A stretch of 64,000 bases of DNA, from the NCBI GenBank assembly GCA_965215005.1, contig CBDCCZ010000003.1, positions 32,001 through 96,000 on the forward strand, read 5' to 3'. Position 1 is the stretch's first letter. The number at the start of each line of letters is the position of its first letter. Below, piece after piece: positions 39,527-49,475 of this stretch. The stretch comes from Kofleriaceae bacterium (GTDB taxonomy: Bacteria > Myxococcota_A > Polyangia > Haliangiales > Haliangiaceae). The position numbers and the translations under genes were made by a program. The notes under the pieces are model-generated. The model had not been told where the DNA came from, did not search any database, and worked only from the letters and a program-made list of their open reading frames with translations.

Positions 39527-42500
39527 CTCATCCGAAGGCGCGCTCGATCGGTGTCTGTAAACGCCGCCACCGCTGCTGCAGCGCCGAGCTCACGCGCCCA
39601 GGACAGGAACCGAGCCAACGTGTTCTCGGTTTCCTCACCGCAGTTGCCCTCGTGGCGATCGATCAGCACCCGGGCCCGCATGCCGTAGAAGGATGCCCAC
39701 GTGGCGCGAACATCGTCAGAGTAATCCTCGAGCTGCTGCAGATAACGGCGCGCCCGCGGCACGTCGTCGAGAGCAAGTGCTATGTCGATTCCTTCAGTGT
39801 AGACCGGTAGCACGTTGAACGCCGCCGGCAGGCGCAGTGCGTATGCCTCGCTGCGATCCAGCGCCCGTTGCCGCTCCGCGGGCTCCTCGCTCGTCCGGGC
39901 CAGCAGTAAATACGCGTCGGCGCCGCCGAGGAGGCCATGACCATCTTCGGCCATTCCGCATGCCTCAGTGATGACCTCGATAGCTTCGCCGAAGCGACCG
40001 GCGGCAACCAGCGCACGCGCCTTGGTCGCCAATGAGATACAGATCAACCGCGGCAAGCGCACCCGCCGGCTGGCCTCTAGCATGTTCAGCGTCACGGCCA
40101 GTGCCTCTTCATGAGCTCGAGGCTCACGAAGGTAGAGACTATAGATGTGGCCTGTGATCGCAATTTCCCGCGCCAAATCTTCGGCCTGCGCAAGCTCATA
40201 TGCAGTCCGAGCAACCTGCTCGCCACGCTGCCAATCGAGTAGAAAATAGCCGAGACCGGCGTCGACGGAGCTATTGATCACGAAAGCCGCGGCGTCGCCG
40301 AGCTGCTCCGCAAGCGTCTCGGCCGCCGAAAACTGCTCACGTGCAGCGGACAGCTCGCGAATCATCATTAGCGCGTCGCCAATGCCGCTCGTCGCCCGCA
40401 GCTCAGCCTGGCGGTCTCCCACGGCGATGGCCCACTGGCGCGCTCGCTCGTGGTGCGATCGACATCCCGCAGCATCTCCTCTGGCGAAAGCGGCGTTGCC
40501 TCGCAGATTGGCAACTCTTGCCAGCTCGCTCATGAGCTCCCAGCGCTCTGCGATCTGCTCCGCGGCATCTAAATGCGCGGCGATAAGCTGTGCATCTCCG
40601 CCGAACGCGCGGGCCATCGCGGCCAAACCGACGTAAATCTTCGCCCGCAGCTCATCGGAGGCTCGGTCGTCCCGATCCTGCAAAACCGCCAGCGCATCCT
40701 CGTAAATGGCTCTGGCGCGCTCGAACGCGAGCTGCCGCTCGGCCTCCGCGGCAAACTGCAGTGCATACTGCGCGGCGCGAAGAGAGTCGCCACCGGCGGT
40801 GAAATGATGCACCAGCGCCGCTGTCGGCGTATCCGGGTGCCCTTCCAACGCCAAGGCCAAGCGCAGGTGATGATCCTTGCGGCCCATGGGCTCGATTGCC
40901 TCGAGCAATGCGGCACGAATCGCAGCGTGCGCAGATTCGATGCTCATGCTGCTCGTGAGCGAGGAGGTAGCAACGACACCGGCAGCGCGGAGCTCGAGCG
41001 CCGCCCGTTCGCGATCTTCTGGCTCGAGCACCAGCGCAGCGCCCAGCACGACCACGGGCACCGGCTCACCGGCAACCACGACCATCTCCGCCATCCGCTG
41101 AGCGACACCGCCGAGGGCGCGCACGCGCTCGCGAACGGCTTCGTGAAGGTTCCAATCCGCGGCTCCGCCCGCCGCAGCCACATGAGCCGCAAGCTCGATC
41201 AGAAATAGCGGCGATCCCGCGGCAGAGGCCCAGGCACTATCATCCTGACGCGCGACCCCAAACTGCTCGACTAGACGCCGCTGCGACGCTACATCGAGCG
41301 GCCCAAGCTCCAGATGGACAGCGGAGCTCATCCGCGCATCCGTGGGCAGGGTGCGACTGAGCACCATGAGCAGAACCGGCGCGTCCATCGCCGAGAGCGC
41401 ATCGAGCAGCTGTGAGCTCGCCTCGTCTGACCATTGCCAATCATCGATGCACATCAGCAGTGGTCGCTTGCGCGCACACGCGGCGATGACTGCGATCAAG
41501 CGCTCTACCGCCACCGCCCGCGTATGCTCGGGCGACGCTGCCTCTATCAACTTGCGGGCTGGATCCAGTCGTCGAAACACCGGGAACAAATGGCCTACCC
41601 ACGCCGCAGCGTCGCCAATCAGCTCATCGCGGCTGTCGCCATGATGCGAGGCGATGTACAGCGTGAGCTCGTCCATCAGCCCATCAAAGCCATTGTAAGC
41701 CAGACTCTCCCGCTCGTGGCAACGGCCCATGAAGACGACTGGTGAGTTATCGACCCGCGAGAGTTTGTCTATTAGCTCGTGTAGAAAACGTGTCTTACCG
41801 ATACCAGCCTCGCCGCTCACGCGCACGAGAGTGGCTTGAGCCGACGCAGCGACGCTGCGATAACACTCCACGAGTTGCGCAAGCTCGCGCTCGCGACCGA
41901 CGAACTGCCGAGCTCGCCAGTTTTGTCGCGGTGGCGGCAGGTCGAAGGCCGTGAGGAGCTCACTGGCCTGCGGCCTGGCCGCAGGAGACGGGGCGAGCAA
42001 GCGATTGCACAACTCGACGAGGTCGGTCGGCAAGTTGGCCGTGAGCAGGTTTGGATCGATGGGCGTCAAGCCGCCGCACTTGGCCGATAGAATGCTCATC
42101 GTCGGCCCAACGTACGGAGCGGTGCCAGTGAGCGCAGCGTAAAGCAGCACACCTACCGCGTACCAATCGCTTGCCGGCTCGGGCGTGCCGCCCGCGGCTT
42201 GCTCCGGCGCCATATATGCGACCGTGCCGGCAGTGCGATCGTGCAGCCCGACTCGTCGCGCGCGGGGAAGCTCTGCGACCACGCCGAAATCCGTGATCAC
42301 AACGCGACCATCCCGCCGCACGAGAACATTCGACGACTTGATATCGCGATGGACGATATCGGCCTCGTGAAGTGCAGCGAGGCCACTGACGAGCTGGCGC
42401 ATGGCTTCGCGCAGCCGCTCGACGTCCACGACCTCATCGACCGTGGGACGCGTATCGGGAACCGCTGGCAGCGCGATTCGCGAAAGTAGCGTCACGGGAT

Positions 42501-42912
42501 CGCCGAGGATGACACTCGTTCCATCGCCGCCAACATCCCGGGCGGTGGTTCTGGTGGCGGTCTGCATCGCGACCATGCTCGCGACATCGGTGACCGACGC
42601 CGCGGGCGGATTGCGCCCCGCGCGCACATACGAAAGGAAGTCGCCAGCGTCGGCAACCTCCATGGCCAGATACCAGTTGCCGTCCTCGCAGGCGAGGTCG
42701 TAGAGGGCCACGACGTTGGGGTGCGCGAGATCCCCCACCGCCCGATACTCGCGCTTGAAGCGATACAGGTTGACCGGATCGAAGGTTCGCAGGGTCTTGA
42801 GCGCTACAGGAACCCGTCGCTGCTCATCGAACGCTTCGAATACCACGCCCATCCCGCCAGCACCGAGACGGCCACGAATGGTGAAGCGAGAGTTCTGGGG
42901 CAAGGGTTTCAT
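39523..42912 (-). CDS. Ser/Thr protein kinase - AAA ATPase - helical repeat (STAND-like) signalling protein
   Basis: [25 protein letters not shown], Walker A GEAGIGKT, IDDWQWSD. Confidence 0.92.
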   Translation of the reverse strand: MKPLPQNSRFTIRGRLGAGGMGVVFEAFDEQRRVPVALKTLRTFDPVNLYRFKREYRAVGDLAHPNVVALYDLACEDGNWYLAMEVADAGDFLSYVRAGRNPPAASVTDVASMVAMQTATRTTARDVGGDGTSVILGDPVTLLSRIALPAVPDTRPTVDEVVDVERLREAMRQLVSGLAALHEADIVHRDIKSSNVLVRRDGRVVITDFGVVAELPRARRVGLHDRTAGTVAYMAPEQAAGGTPEPASDWYAVGVLLYAALTGTAPYVGPTMSILSAKCGGLTPIDPNLLTANLPTDLVELCNRLLAPSPAARPQASELLTAFDLPPPRQNWRARQFVGRERELAQLVECYRSVAASAQATLVRVSGEAGIGKTRFLHELIDKLSRVDNSPVVFMGRCHERESLAYNGFDGLMDELTLYIASHHGDSRDELIGDAAAWVGHLFPVFRRLDPARKLIEAASPEHTRAVAVERLIAVIAACARKRPLLMCIDDWQWSDEASSQLLDALSAMDAPVLLMVLSRTLPTDARMSSAVHLELGPLDVASQRRLVEQFGVARQDDSAWASAAGSPLFLIELAAHVAAAGGAADWNLHEAVRERVRALGGVAQRMAEMVVVAGEPVPVVVLGAALVLEPEDRERAALELRAAGVVATSSLTSSMSIESAHAAIRAALLEAIEPMGRKDHHLRLALALEGHPDTPTAALVHHFTAGGDSLRAAQYALQFAAEAERQLAFERARAIYEDALAVLQDRDDRASDELRAKIYVGLAAMARAFGGDAQLIAAHLDAAEQIAERWELMSELARVANLRGNAAFARGDAAGCRSHHERARQWAIAVGDRQAELRATSGIGDALMMIRELSAAREQFSAAETLAEQLGDAAAFVINSSVDAGLGYFLLDWQRGEQVARTAYELAQAEDLAREIAITGHIYSLYLREPRAHEEALAVTLNMLEASRRVRLPRLICISLATKARALVAAGRFGEAIEVITEACGMAEDGHGLLGGADAYLLLARTSEEPAERQRALDRSEAYALRLPAAFNVLPVYTEGIDIALALDDVPRARRYLQQLEDYSDDVRATWASFYGMRARVLIDRHEGNCGEETENTLARFLSWARELGAAAAVAAFTDTDRARLRMS

Positions 42913-43195
42913 CTTAACGCAAGCGGCGCCGTTGCACGCAGTCAGCTCGTGCTGCTGCTAAATCAGAAGACCTCGCAGCAGCAGCGAGAGCAGCGCTAGC
43001 GACACCTCTGGCGAGCAGCAAAAGTCGGCCGGTCAGCGGCTGGGAGAAGGTGGCAAAACAATCGTCGTTGCATTTTACTCGTTCAGCCATCACAGTAACT
43101 TCCGATACCTAAAAATACACGAGAGAATTCACCGCGAGTGCTGAATTGCTGAGGCCACGCTGCACAGCCGCCTGATGCGGCCATCGAGGAAGTAC

Positions 43196-44917
43196 ATGTC
43201 ACCGTTGCAACGACCCATCACCGATCTTGGCACTGCGGCCACACACGCCCCTCTCAGTCATCACCTCACGAGCCTGCTAGAAGCACTGGGCATTCGCCAC
43301 GCATTTGGCGTCTCTGGCGGCGCCATCGGCGCGCTTTGGCACTCTCTTCACCAAAGTGACATCGAGGTCATGCACTTCCGTCATGAAGCGGGCGCCGCGT
43401 TCGCGGCAATCGAGAGTTACTTCGTTACCGGTGTTCCGGCGGCGGTCTTCGTGACCAGCGGCCCGGGACTCACCAACGCACTCACAGGCGCCTACGCCGC
43501 TCGTTACGACGGCGCCAAGCTACTACTCTTGTCACCAGCAACGGCAGCGAGCGGTCGCGGGCGGCGCGCATTTCAGGAAACCAGCTCTGCAACGCTACCC
43601 TCGGGGCTGTTCGAAGATGGACCGCTCTTCGACTATGCGACGACGATCAGCTCAGGCGACGAGCTCGGACAGGTTGCCCGGCGGCTAGCGATGGGGTTCT
43701 CGCGGCCAGGAACCTTCGTGGCGCATGTGAGTGTACCTACGTCGCTGCAAACCGCACTCACGGAAGCACGGGCTTGGCCATCCGTCCGCGTGGCGCCGGC
43801 CGCACCATCGGAAGAGTCAGTAAAGGAGTGCGCCTCTCTCCTCAACGAGGCTCCTTTTGTCATTTGGGTGGGGCATGGTGCGCGTGATGATGCTCCATTG
43901 GTTCGCGAGCTCGCCCAACAAAGCGGCGCGGCGGTTATGTGCTCACCCCGCGCGAAAGGGATTGTATCGGAGCGGGATCCGCAGTACTTGGGAGTAACCG
44001 GCTTTGCGGGTCATGAGCAGGTTCTCCACTACATGAGAGAGTCGCGACCGGCTCGGGTGTTGGTACTCGGAAGTCGCCTCGGAGAGCTCACGTCGTTCTT
44101 CGATCAAGAGCTCACTCCAGCCGAGGGCTTCATTCACGTCGACGTCGACGCATCGGTCTTCGGCGCCGCCTATCCCGATAGCGAGACACTCGGCGTCCAA
44201 GCTGACATCGGTGCGTTCCTCCGCGCGCTCCTGCCACATATCGAGAAGCGAGTACCATCCGGCTTACCTCGCCCACAGCCCGAGCCGATGCGTCTCATGG
44301 CAGAAGGACGCGGCGTCGACCCGCGAGCGGTCATGCGTGCCATCCAAGACGTGGTCGTCGACGAGAGCGAGGGAATGGTGATTACCGAGGCCGGGAACTC
44401 GTTTGCGTGGGGCACGCACTGTCTCCGCTTCGAAGACGCCAAGCGCTACCGAGTCAGCACCGGATGCGCCGCCATGGGCCACGCCGCCACGGGTGTACTG
44501 GGTTCGGCGTTGGTCGCCGACCGCCCCTCCGTAGCCGTGGTAGGCGATGGTGCCATGTTGATGAACAGCGAGGTCAGCACAGCCGTTCACTACGGGATTC
44601 CAGCAATCTGGGTAGTGCTTAACGACGCAAGGTACAACATGGTTTGCCAGGGCGCAGCGCAGCTCGGCCTGCGCGGCCTCGACGCAGAGATACCCGCGTG
44701 CGATTTTGTGCAAATCGCCCGTGGGATGGGAGCCAGCGGCATTCGTGTGGAGCGCGAAGATGAGCTCGAAGCGGCCCTACGAGCAGCGCTTGCCGCCAAC
44801 GCGCCTTACGTCATCGACGTGCAGATCGATCATCAGGTTGCGGCACCCACCGGCAACCGCAATGCTCACTTGGCCAGCCAAGGCATCAATCGAAACTTAC
44901 AGGATGGAGCGCTGTGA
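43196..44917 (+). CDS. scyA: ScyA-like thiamine-diphosphate-dependent acyloin synthase (acetolactate synthase family)
   Basis: FGVSGG, HFRHEAGAAFAAIESYF, TSGPGLTN, ThDP motif GDGAMLMN...VLND; GAGGA RBS before ATG 43196; translationally coupled to scyC. Confidence 0.8.
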   Translation: MSPLQRPITDLGTAATHAPLSHHLTSLLEALGIRHAFGVSGGAIGALWHSLHQSDIEVMHFRHEAGAAFAAIESYFVTGVPAAVFVTSGPGLTNALTGAYAARYDGAKLLLLSPATAASGRGRRAFQETSSATLPSGLFEDGPLFDYATTISSGDELGQVARRLAMGFSRPGTFVAHVSVPTSLQTALTEARAWPSVRVAPAAPSEESVKECASLLNEAPFVIWVGHGARDDAPLVRELAQQSGAAVMCSPRAKGIVSERDPQYLGVTGFAGHEQVLHYMRESRPARVLVLGSRLGELTSFFDQELTPAEGFIHVDVDASVFGAAYPDSETLGVQADIGAFLRALLPHIEKRVPSGLPRPQPEPMRLMAEGRGVDPRAVMRAIQDVVVDESEGMVITEAGNSFAWGTHCLRFEDAKRYRVSTGCAAMGHAATGVLGSALVADRPSVAVVGDGAMLMNSEVSTAVHYGIPAIWVVLNDARYNMVCQGAAQLGLRGLDAEIPACDFVQIARGMGASGIRVEREDELEAALRAALAANAPYVIDVQIDHQVAAPTGNRNAHLASQGINRNLQDGAL

Positions 44918-45867
44918 ACAACGAACGCAACACGGTAGCCGTTTCCGCGTACATCGATACCAGCCTAGATGCATCGCTGGCGTACATGCAGAGGCTAGAG
45001 CACCTCAACGATTGGACGCTGTTTAGTCGCATGGTCGAAAAGGTTGACGACTACACCTGGCTAGGCACCGCGTCCTGCTATCAAAGCCAGCTCTACTATC
45101 ATTTGCGCACCATCGATACGCCTCGCTTCACCGGTATCGAGTGGCACTGCGGGCTCGAGTATCAGAACTACTTTCAGGTCTACCCCGCGCTCCTGTTTCC
45201 GCCGAGCTACGTTCGTCCCGGCTCGCAAGAAACGGGCAGCTACCTGCACTGGGTGAGCTTTGTAGATCCCCGGCGCCGCACAGGAATGATGGAGCAGGCA
45301 GTAGAGCTCGTTCACCGTTCCGAGGTCCGGTCGCTCAAGGCGATTCTCGAGCGCAAGGCAGGCCTCTCGCGAGCCGCCGTTGGCGAGTGGGACATTCGCA
45401 GCCAGACGATCTACATAGACGCGCCACTTGCCGACGGCGTGGCCTACCTCGCCGACGTTCGCAACGTTGCCGAGTGGGCCCACCTGCTCCGCGCCGACGG
45501 CCAGCTAGGCAGCGATCGCGGCGTCTTCCGCGACGAATACGATCAAGTCGTAGAGGTCTCGACCAGCGTGCAGGAGCTAGGCAAGTACTTCATCGTCGAG
45601 GAAGATCGGCATTTCCCCCAGCATGAGAAGTGGGAGCGTTGCCCAACTCTACTCATTCCCTGCTCCTACGCATTTGGTGACCCCGAAGCCACTGGCTACC
45701 TGCAGCACCGCATCACCTTCTGGCCACGAACGGAGACGCCGACGCGGGGCCGGCTCCTGCTCGAGGACTACGCTGCAGAAAGCGTCAATATCAAGCGATT
45801 GATCGAAGCTCGCGCCGGGAACCTCGAGACCTTTGCCCGCGGCCTGAGCTACCTGCCCCGCACCTAG
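44914..45867 (+). CDS. scyC: Scytonemin biosynthesis cyclase/decarboxylase ScyC homolog
   Basis: Motifs recalled from cyanobacterial ScyC along the whole length: SAYI, WTLFSRM, TWLGTAS, LYYH, GIEWHCGLEY, YFQVYP, SFVDP, LERKAGL, EWAHLLR, DEYDQ, HRITFW, NIKRLIEARAGNL; GTGA overlap with scyA. Confidence 0.88.
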   Translation: MNNERNTVAVSAYIDTSLDASLAYMQRLEHLNDWTLFSRMVEKVDDYTWLGTASCYQSQLYYHLRTIDTPRFTGIEWHCGLEYQNYFQVYPALLFPPSYVRPGSQETGSYLHWVSFVDPRRRTGMMEQAVELVHRSEVRSLKAILERKAGLSRAAVGEWDIRSQTIYIDAPLADGVAYLADVRNVAEWAHLLRADGQLGSDRGVFRDEYDQVVEVSTSVQELGKYFIVEEDRHFPQHEKWERCPTLLIPCSYAFGDPEATGYLQHRITFWPRTETPTRGRLLLEDYAAESVNIKRLIEARAGNLETFARGLSYLPRT

Positions 45868-46069
45868 GTCGGCGCTCCGAAATAGATGGTCCGTTCTAGG
45901 CGACTGTGCATCCGTGCTGGCGGCGTTGCCTTGCCAGCCCGGCGCACAGACGCCGATCTTCTGACCATTTATTCCTGCGCGCCTCCTAATCTCATTAGAG
46001 TCATTTCGCAAGTCCCCTGCGACGGGCCGGTGTCGACGTCGTCGCCAACCTACTGCCAGGAGCCAAGAC

Positions 46070-46699
46070 ATGAGCATTCGAGTATTTGGAGTCGCCGAGA
46101 GCGCGTGTACCCAGAAGGTTCTACTCACACTTGCCGAGAAAGATGTCAGCTACGAGCTCTGCCGCGTCGACCTTCTCACCGGAGAGCATAAGCAGCCGAG
46201 CCATCTAGCGCGCCATCCCTTTGGGGTAGTGCCAGCCATCGACCACGACGGCTTCGAGCTCTACGAGTCGACTGCCATCATGCGATATCTCGACGCTCGC
46301 TTCCCCGACCCGCCGCTCACCCCATCGTCACTCCAGCAGCGAGCGCGGATGGATCAGATGATCAGCGTCGAGCAATCTTACCTGTCGCGCCACACCAACA
46401 CGCTCATCGTGCAGCTCCTGCTAGCCCCTACCCGGGGCGCCACGCCCGACGCAACCGCCGTGGGTCAAGCCCGCGAAGGCCTTGCGACGTGCGCGACGGT
46501 TCTAAATGACGTCCTCGCGCAGACCCGCTTCCTGGCTGCCGACGAGCGCTCTCTGGCCGATCTGGCCTGTCTGCCGTATGTGGCTGCGGCAATGCGCCTA
46601 GAGGCTCTCCCACCCATAGAACGATCCCCGCACCTGGCCCGCTGGCTGGGCGAGCTCACGGAATCGAAGAGCTGGCGCGCCCTAACGCCCCGCGGCTAG
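46070..46699 (+). CDS. Glutathione S-transferase family protein
   Basis: GEHKQPSHLARHPFGVVP, LYESTAIMRYL, SLADL; AGGAG RBS. Confidence 0.92.
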   Translation: MSIRVFGVAESACTQKVLLTLAEKDVSYELCRVDLLTGEHKQPSHLARHPFGVVPAIDHDGFELYESTAIMRYLDARFPDPPLTPSSLQQRARMDQMISVEQSYLSRHTNTLIVQLLLAPTRGATPDATAVGQAREGLATCATVLNDVLAQTRFLAADERSLADLACLPYVAAAMRLEALPPIERSPHLARWLGELTESKSWRALTPRG

Positions 46700-47379
46700 C
46701 TCTTGCCCGTGCGCTTCTCGGCCACGCCCACGTAGATGGCGTGGCTTCGACCGCCCTTGCCAGCGTGATGCACCGAGGTCGTGAATCCAGCGTTGGCAAA
46801 GCGACGGGCGAAGGCGGCGTCAGGCTCTTCGGACCACACCGCGAGCACGCCGCCCGGGCACAGAGCCCGGCGGGCCCGCGCCAGCGCTTCACGACTATAG
46901 AAAGGATCATCGCGCTGCTGCGTGACCTCGTGAGGTCCTTCATAGAGGTCGAGGATGATCGCGTGGAGCTGCCCGGGCTCAGCGCGGGCGATGACGGCGG
47001 CTACATCGTCTAGCTCGACCCGCACCCGCGAATCGCCCACAGCGTCGTCGGTGAGTGTCGCCCAATGCGTGCGACACCACTGCAGCACCTCCGGCTGCAG
47101 CTCGGCCACGGTAACGCGCGCAGCGGCGGGCAACGCATCGAGCGCTGCACGGAGCGTGTATCCCATGCCAAGACCGCCGATGAGGATGCTTGGAGCCGCC
47201 ACGGCCGGCGTCGCCGCGCACGCGATCGTCGCCAGCGCCTCTTCGGAGCGACGCGCGGTGGAGGTCATGAGCACGCGTCCATCGATGACGAGCAGAAAAT
47301 CGCCGTCCCCGCGCTGCCGCAGCTCGAGCATTCCCTCGCGGGTCATCACTGTCTCGAGGGTCTTCCATGGACGCGCCAT
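46696..47379 (-). CDS. Spermidine synthase-like SAM-dependent methyltransferase-fold protein
   Basis: LIGGLGMGYT, VAELQPEV, IILDLYEGP, LCPGGVLAVWS. Confidence 0.85.
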   Translation of the reverse strand: MARPWKTLETVMTREGMLELRQRGDGDFLLVIDGRVLMTSTARRSEEALATIACAATPAVAAPSILIGGLGMGYTLRAALDALPAAARVTVAELQPEVLQWCRTHWATLTDDAVGDSRVRVELDDVAAVIARAEPGQLHAIILDLYEGPHEVTQQRDDPFYSREALARARRALCPGGVLAVWSEEPDAAFARRFANAGFTTSVHHAGKGGRSHAIYVGVAEKRTGKS

Positions 47380-47508
47380 TGGCGCACCATAACGCAGCCG
47401 ACCCGCTCCTCGGCAGCGCTCGTGGCTCAGCGAAGTCGCGCGAGAGACGCGCCGTCCCAGCGGCGCGAGCTCGTCGCCGACCGGCCACTCTTGTTACCAT
47501 CGCGATTC

Positions 47509-48363
47509 ATGCTCACCGGACCCGAAGCGGCACTGTTGGCGGTCATGTTGCTCGGTTTGATGCTGGGCGTCGGCTGCACCTTATCGCTTCGCGACTTCCG
47601 CCAGGTGGCGGCAGCCCCGTTGCCAATCGCGATCGGCCTGGTGTCGCAGTTGGTCGGTATGCCGCTCCTCGCTCTGGGCCTCGCGGCTGTCTTCGAGCTG
47701 CCCGCCCCGCTCGCGCTCGGGTTGGTGTTCGTCGCCTGCACCCCAGGCGGCACGTTGAGCAATGTCTTTGCCTACCTCGCCCGCGGCAACGTCGCCCTCA
47801 GTGTGAGCATGACCGCGGCTTCTTCGCTGATTTCGGTGGTCGCCATGCCAGTGAGCCTGTGGTTCTACGCCGGCAGCCTCACCACCACCCAAATGCGGAT
47901 CCCATACGGTGGCGTGGCTGCATCGCTTGGATCGGTGCTGTTGCCGGTGGTCGCGGGTATGGCGATCCGCGCGCGCAACGCAGCGCTGGCGGCTCGCATC
48001 GAGCGCCTCGCCAGTCGCATTGCCTTCGTTGCGCTCGCTCTCATGGCGGCGCTGTGGGCACCGAAGTTCTGGACCTATGTCGGCGACACGAACGCTGCAG
48101 GGTTTTGCGCGATCAGCGCACTGGCGCTCGCTGGATTTGCGCTCGGCTTCGGCGCCGCATCCATCGCGCGACTGCCGCTTGCGGACCGCAAGGTAATCGC
48201 GCTCGAGACCGGCATCCAAAACACGACGCTCACGTTTGGCATCATCACGTTGAGCTTTCCGCCCGCGCAGGCTGCAGCGTTTGGATGGGTTCCGCTGGTG
48301 TACGGCGCGCTCACGCTGATCTGGGCAGCCTGCCTCACCGTGCTGCTTCGTCGCGCGACGTGA
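47509..48363 (+). CDS. Bile acid:sodium symporter (BASS) family transporter
   Basis: MLGVGCTL, CTPGGTLSNVFAYLARGNVALSVSMT, LETGIQN; ATG 47509 (the longer ORF overlaps the divergent gene). Confidence 0.9.
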   Translation: MLTGPEAALLAVMLLGLMLGVGCTLSLRDFRQVAAAPLPIAIGLVSQLVGMPLLALGLAAVFELPAPLALGLVFVACTPGGTLSNVFAYLARGNVALSVSMTAASSLISVVAMPVSLWFYAGSLTTTQMRIPYGGVAASLGSVLLPVVAGMAIRARNAALAARIERLASRIAFVALALMAALWAPKFWTYVGDTNAAGFCAISALALAGFALGFGAASIARLPLADRKVIALETGIQNTTLTFGIITLSFPPAQAAAFGWVPLVYGALTLIWAACLTVLLRRAT

Positions 48364-48424
48364 CCATCCAGCGCGTGGGCGCGCCAGCGCCACCTTTCGC
48401 GCGCATTGAGGGTATTCTGCCGAG

Positions 48425-49204
48425 ATGCGATGGCCGGTGCTCGAGCTTGGCGGTGAGGATCGCACCACGCCGCCGCTGGTGCTGCTGCACGGCTTCACCG
48501 GCGTCGCAGAGAGCATGCGCGCGGTCGCGGAGCGCGCGCATGCGCCCGCGGTGAAACGCGCCCTGGCGCTTCCTGGGCATCATCCTGCGGCGCCCGTGGC
48601 AGGCTCGTTTGCCGCCAATGTCGCGCAGCTGGCGGATGCGTTGCGCGTTCTTGGACCGCCCGCGCATCTCGTTGGCTACTCGCTCGGCGCACGATTGGCG
48701 CTCGGACTGTTGGCTGAATATCCAGCTCTAGTCGCCCGAGCGACTCTCATCGGTGTGCATCCGGGATTGATCGATGAGCAGCAGCGAGCAGCGCGGCGCT
48801 CTCACGACGAGCGCTGGGTGCGACTGCTCCGCGAGCATGGCATTGCCGCGTTCGTCGCCCAGTGGGAGGCCCTGCCGATGTGGCGCACGCAGCATCGATG
48901 CAGCGGCCGGGCGCTGGCCGCGCAGCGCGCGGCTCGCTTGCAACACGACGCCGAGGCGCTGGCGAGGAGCCTCGAGACGATGGGGCTTGCCGAGATGCCG
49001 AGCTACGTCTCGGCGTTGGCCGCAACCGAGAAACCGGTCGAGCTGGTGACGGGCGCTGCCGACGCAAAGTTCACCGCCATCGCCCACGACTTGCTCGGCG
49101 TTGCTCCTCAGCTCCGGCATCGGAGTATCGCCGACGCCGGCCACAACCTCGTGCTGGAAGCGCCCGTCGCCATCTGGCCGGAGGCGAATTATAGTGCCCA
49201 ATAA
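48425..49204 (+). CDS. Alpha/beta hydrolase, MenH (SHCHC synthase)-like
   Basis: LHGFTG, GYSLGARLAL, FVAQWEALPMW, DAKF, AGHN. Confidence 0.8.
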   Translation: MRWPVLELGGEDRTTPPLVLLHGFTGVAESMRAVAERAHAPAVKRALALPGHHPAAPVAGSFAANVAQLADALRVLGPPAHLVGYSLGARLALGLLAEYPALVARATLIGVHPGLIDEQQRAARRSHDERWVRLLREHGIAAFVAQWEALPMWRTQHRCSGRALAAQRAARLQHDAEALARSLETMGLAEMPSYVSALAATEKPVELVTGAADAKFTAIAHDLLGVAPQLRHRSIADAGHNLVLEAPVAIWPEANYSAQ

Positions 49205-49447
49205 GCACGTTCCGCTTCGGCGCTCAGCCTCTCGAGCTCTCTTCGCACATCGTACGACCCTCCCCACCTCTTCGAATCTTCGACGGCGAAAGCTCACGCC
49301 AAACATAGATGATTCGATGGAAGCCGCTGTAGCCACTGAGATGTTCGCGAAGCATCAACTGGCTAGTCCACTCGTCACTTTGGCACTTTAGTGCCAGTAA
49401 ACGTAAGATGCCGTACTGCTACAACAGCAGCTTCACTGCGCCGCTGA

Positions 49448-49463
49448 TGGCCCGCCGGTTGCT
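49448..49463 (+). promoter_or_regulatory. Putative sigma54 (-24/-12) promoter
   Basis: TGGCCCGCCGGTTGCT, with GG and GC separated by exactly 10 nt; predicted start ~49474, just before ATG 49476. Confidence 0.55.
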
Positions 49464-49475
49464 CTGTGGCGCTTC

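Noticed and set aside
48425..49204. Menaquinone gene cluster
   Set aside because: Only a MenH-like hydrolase is present, with no other men genes in the window
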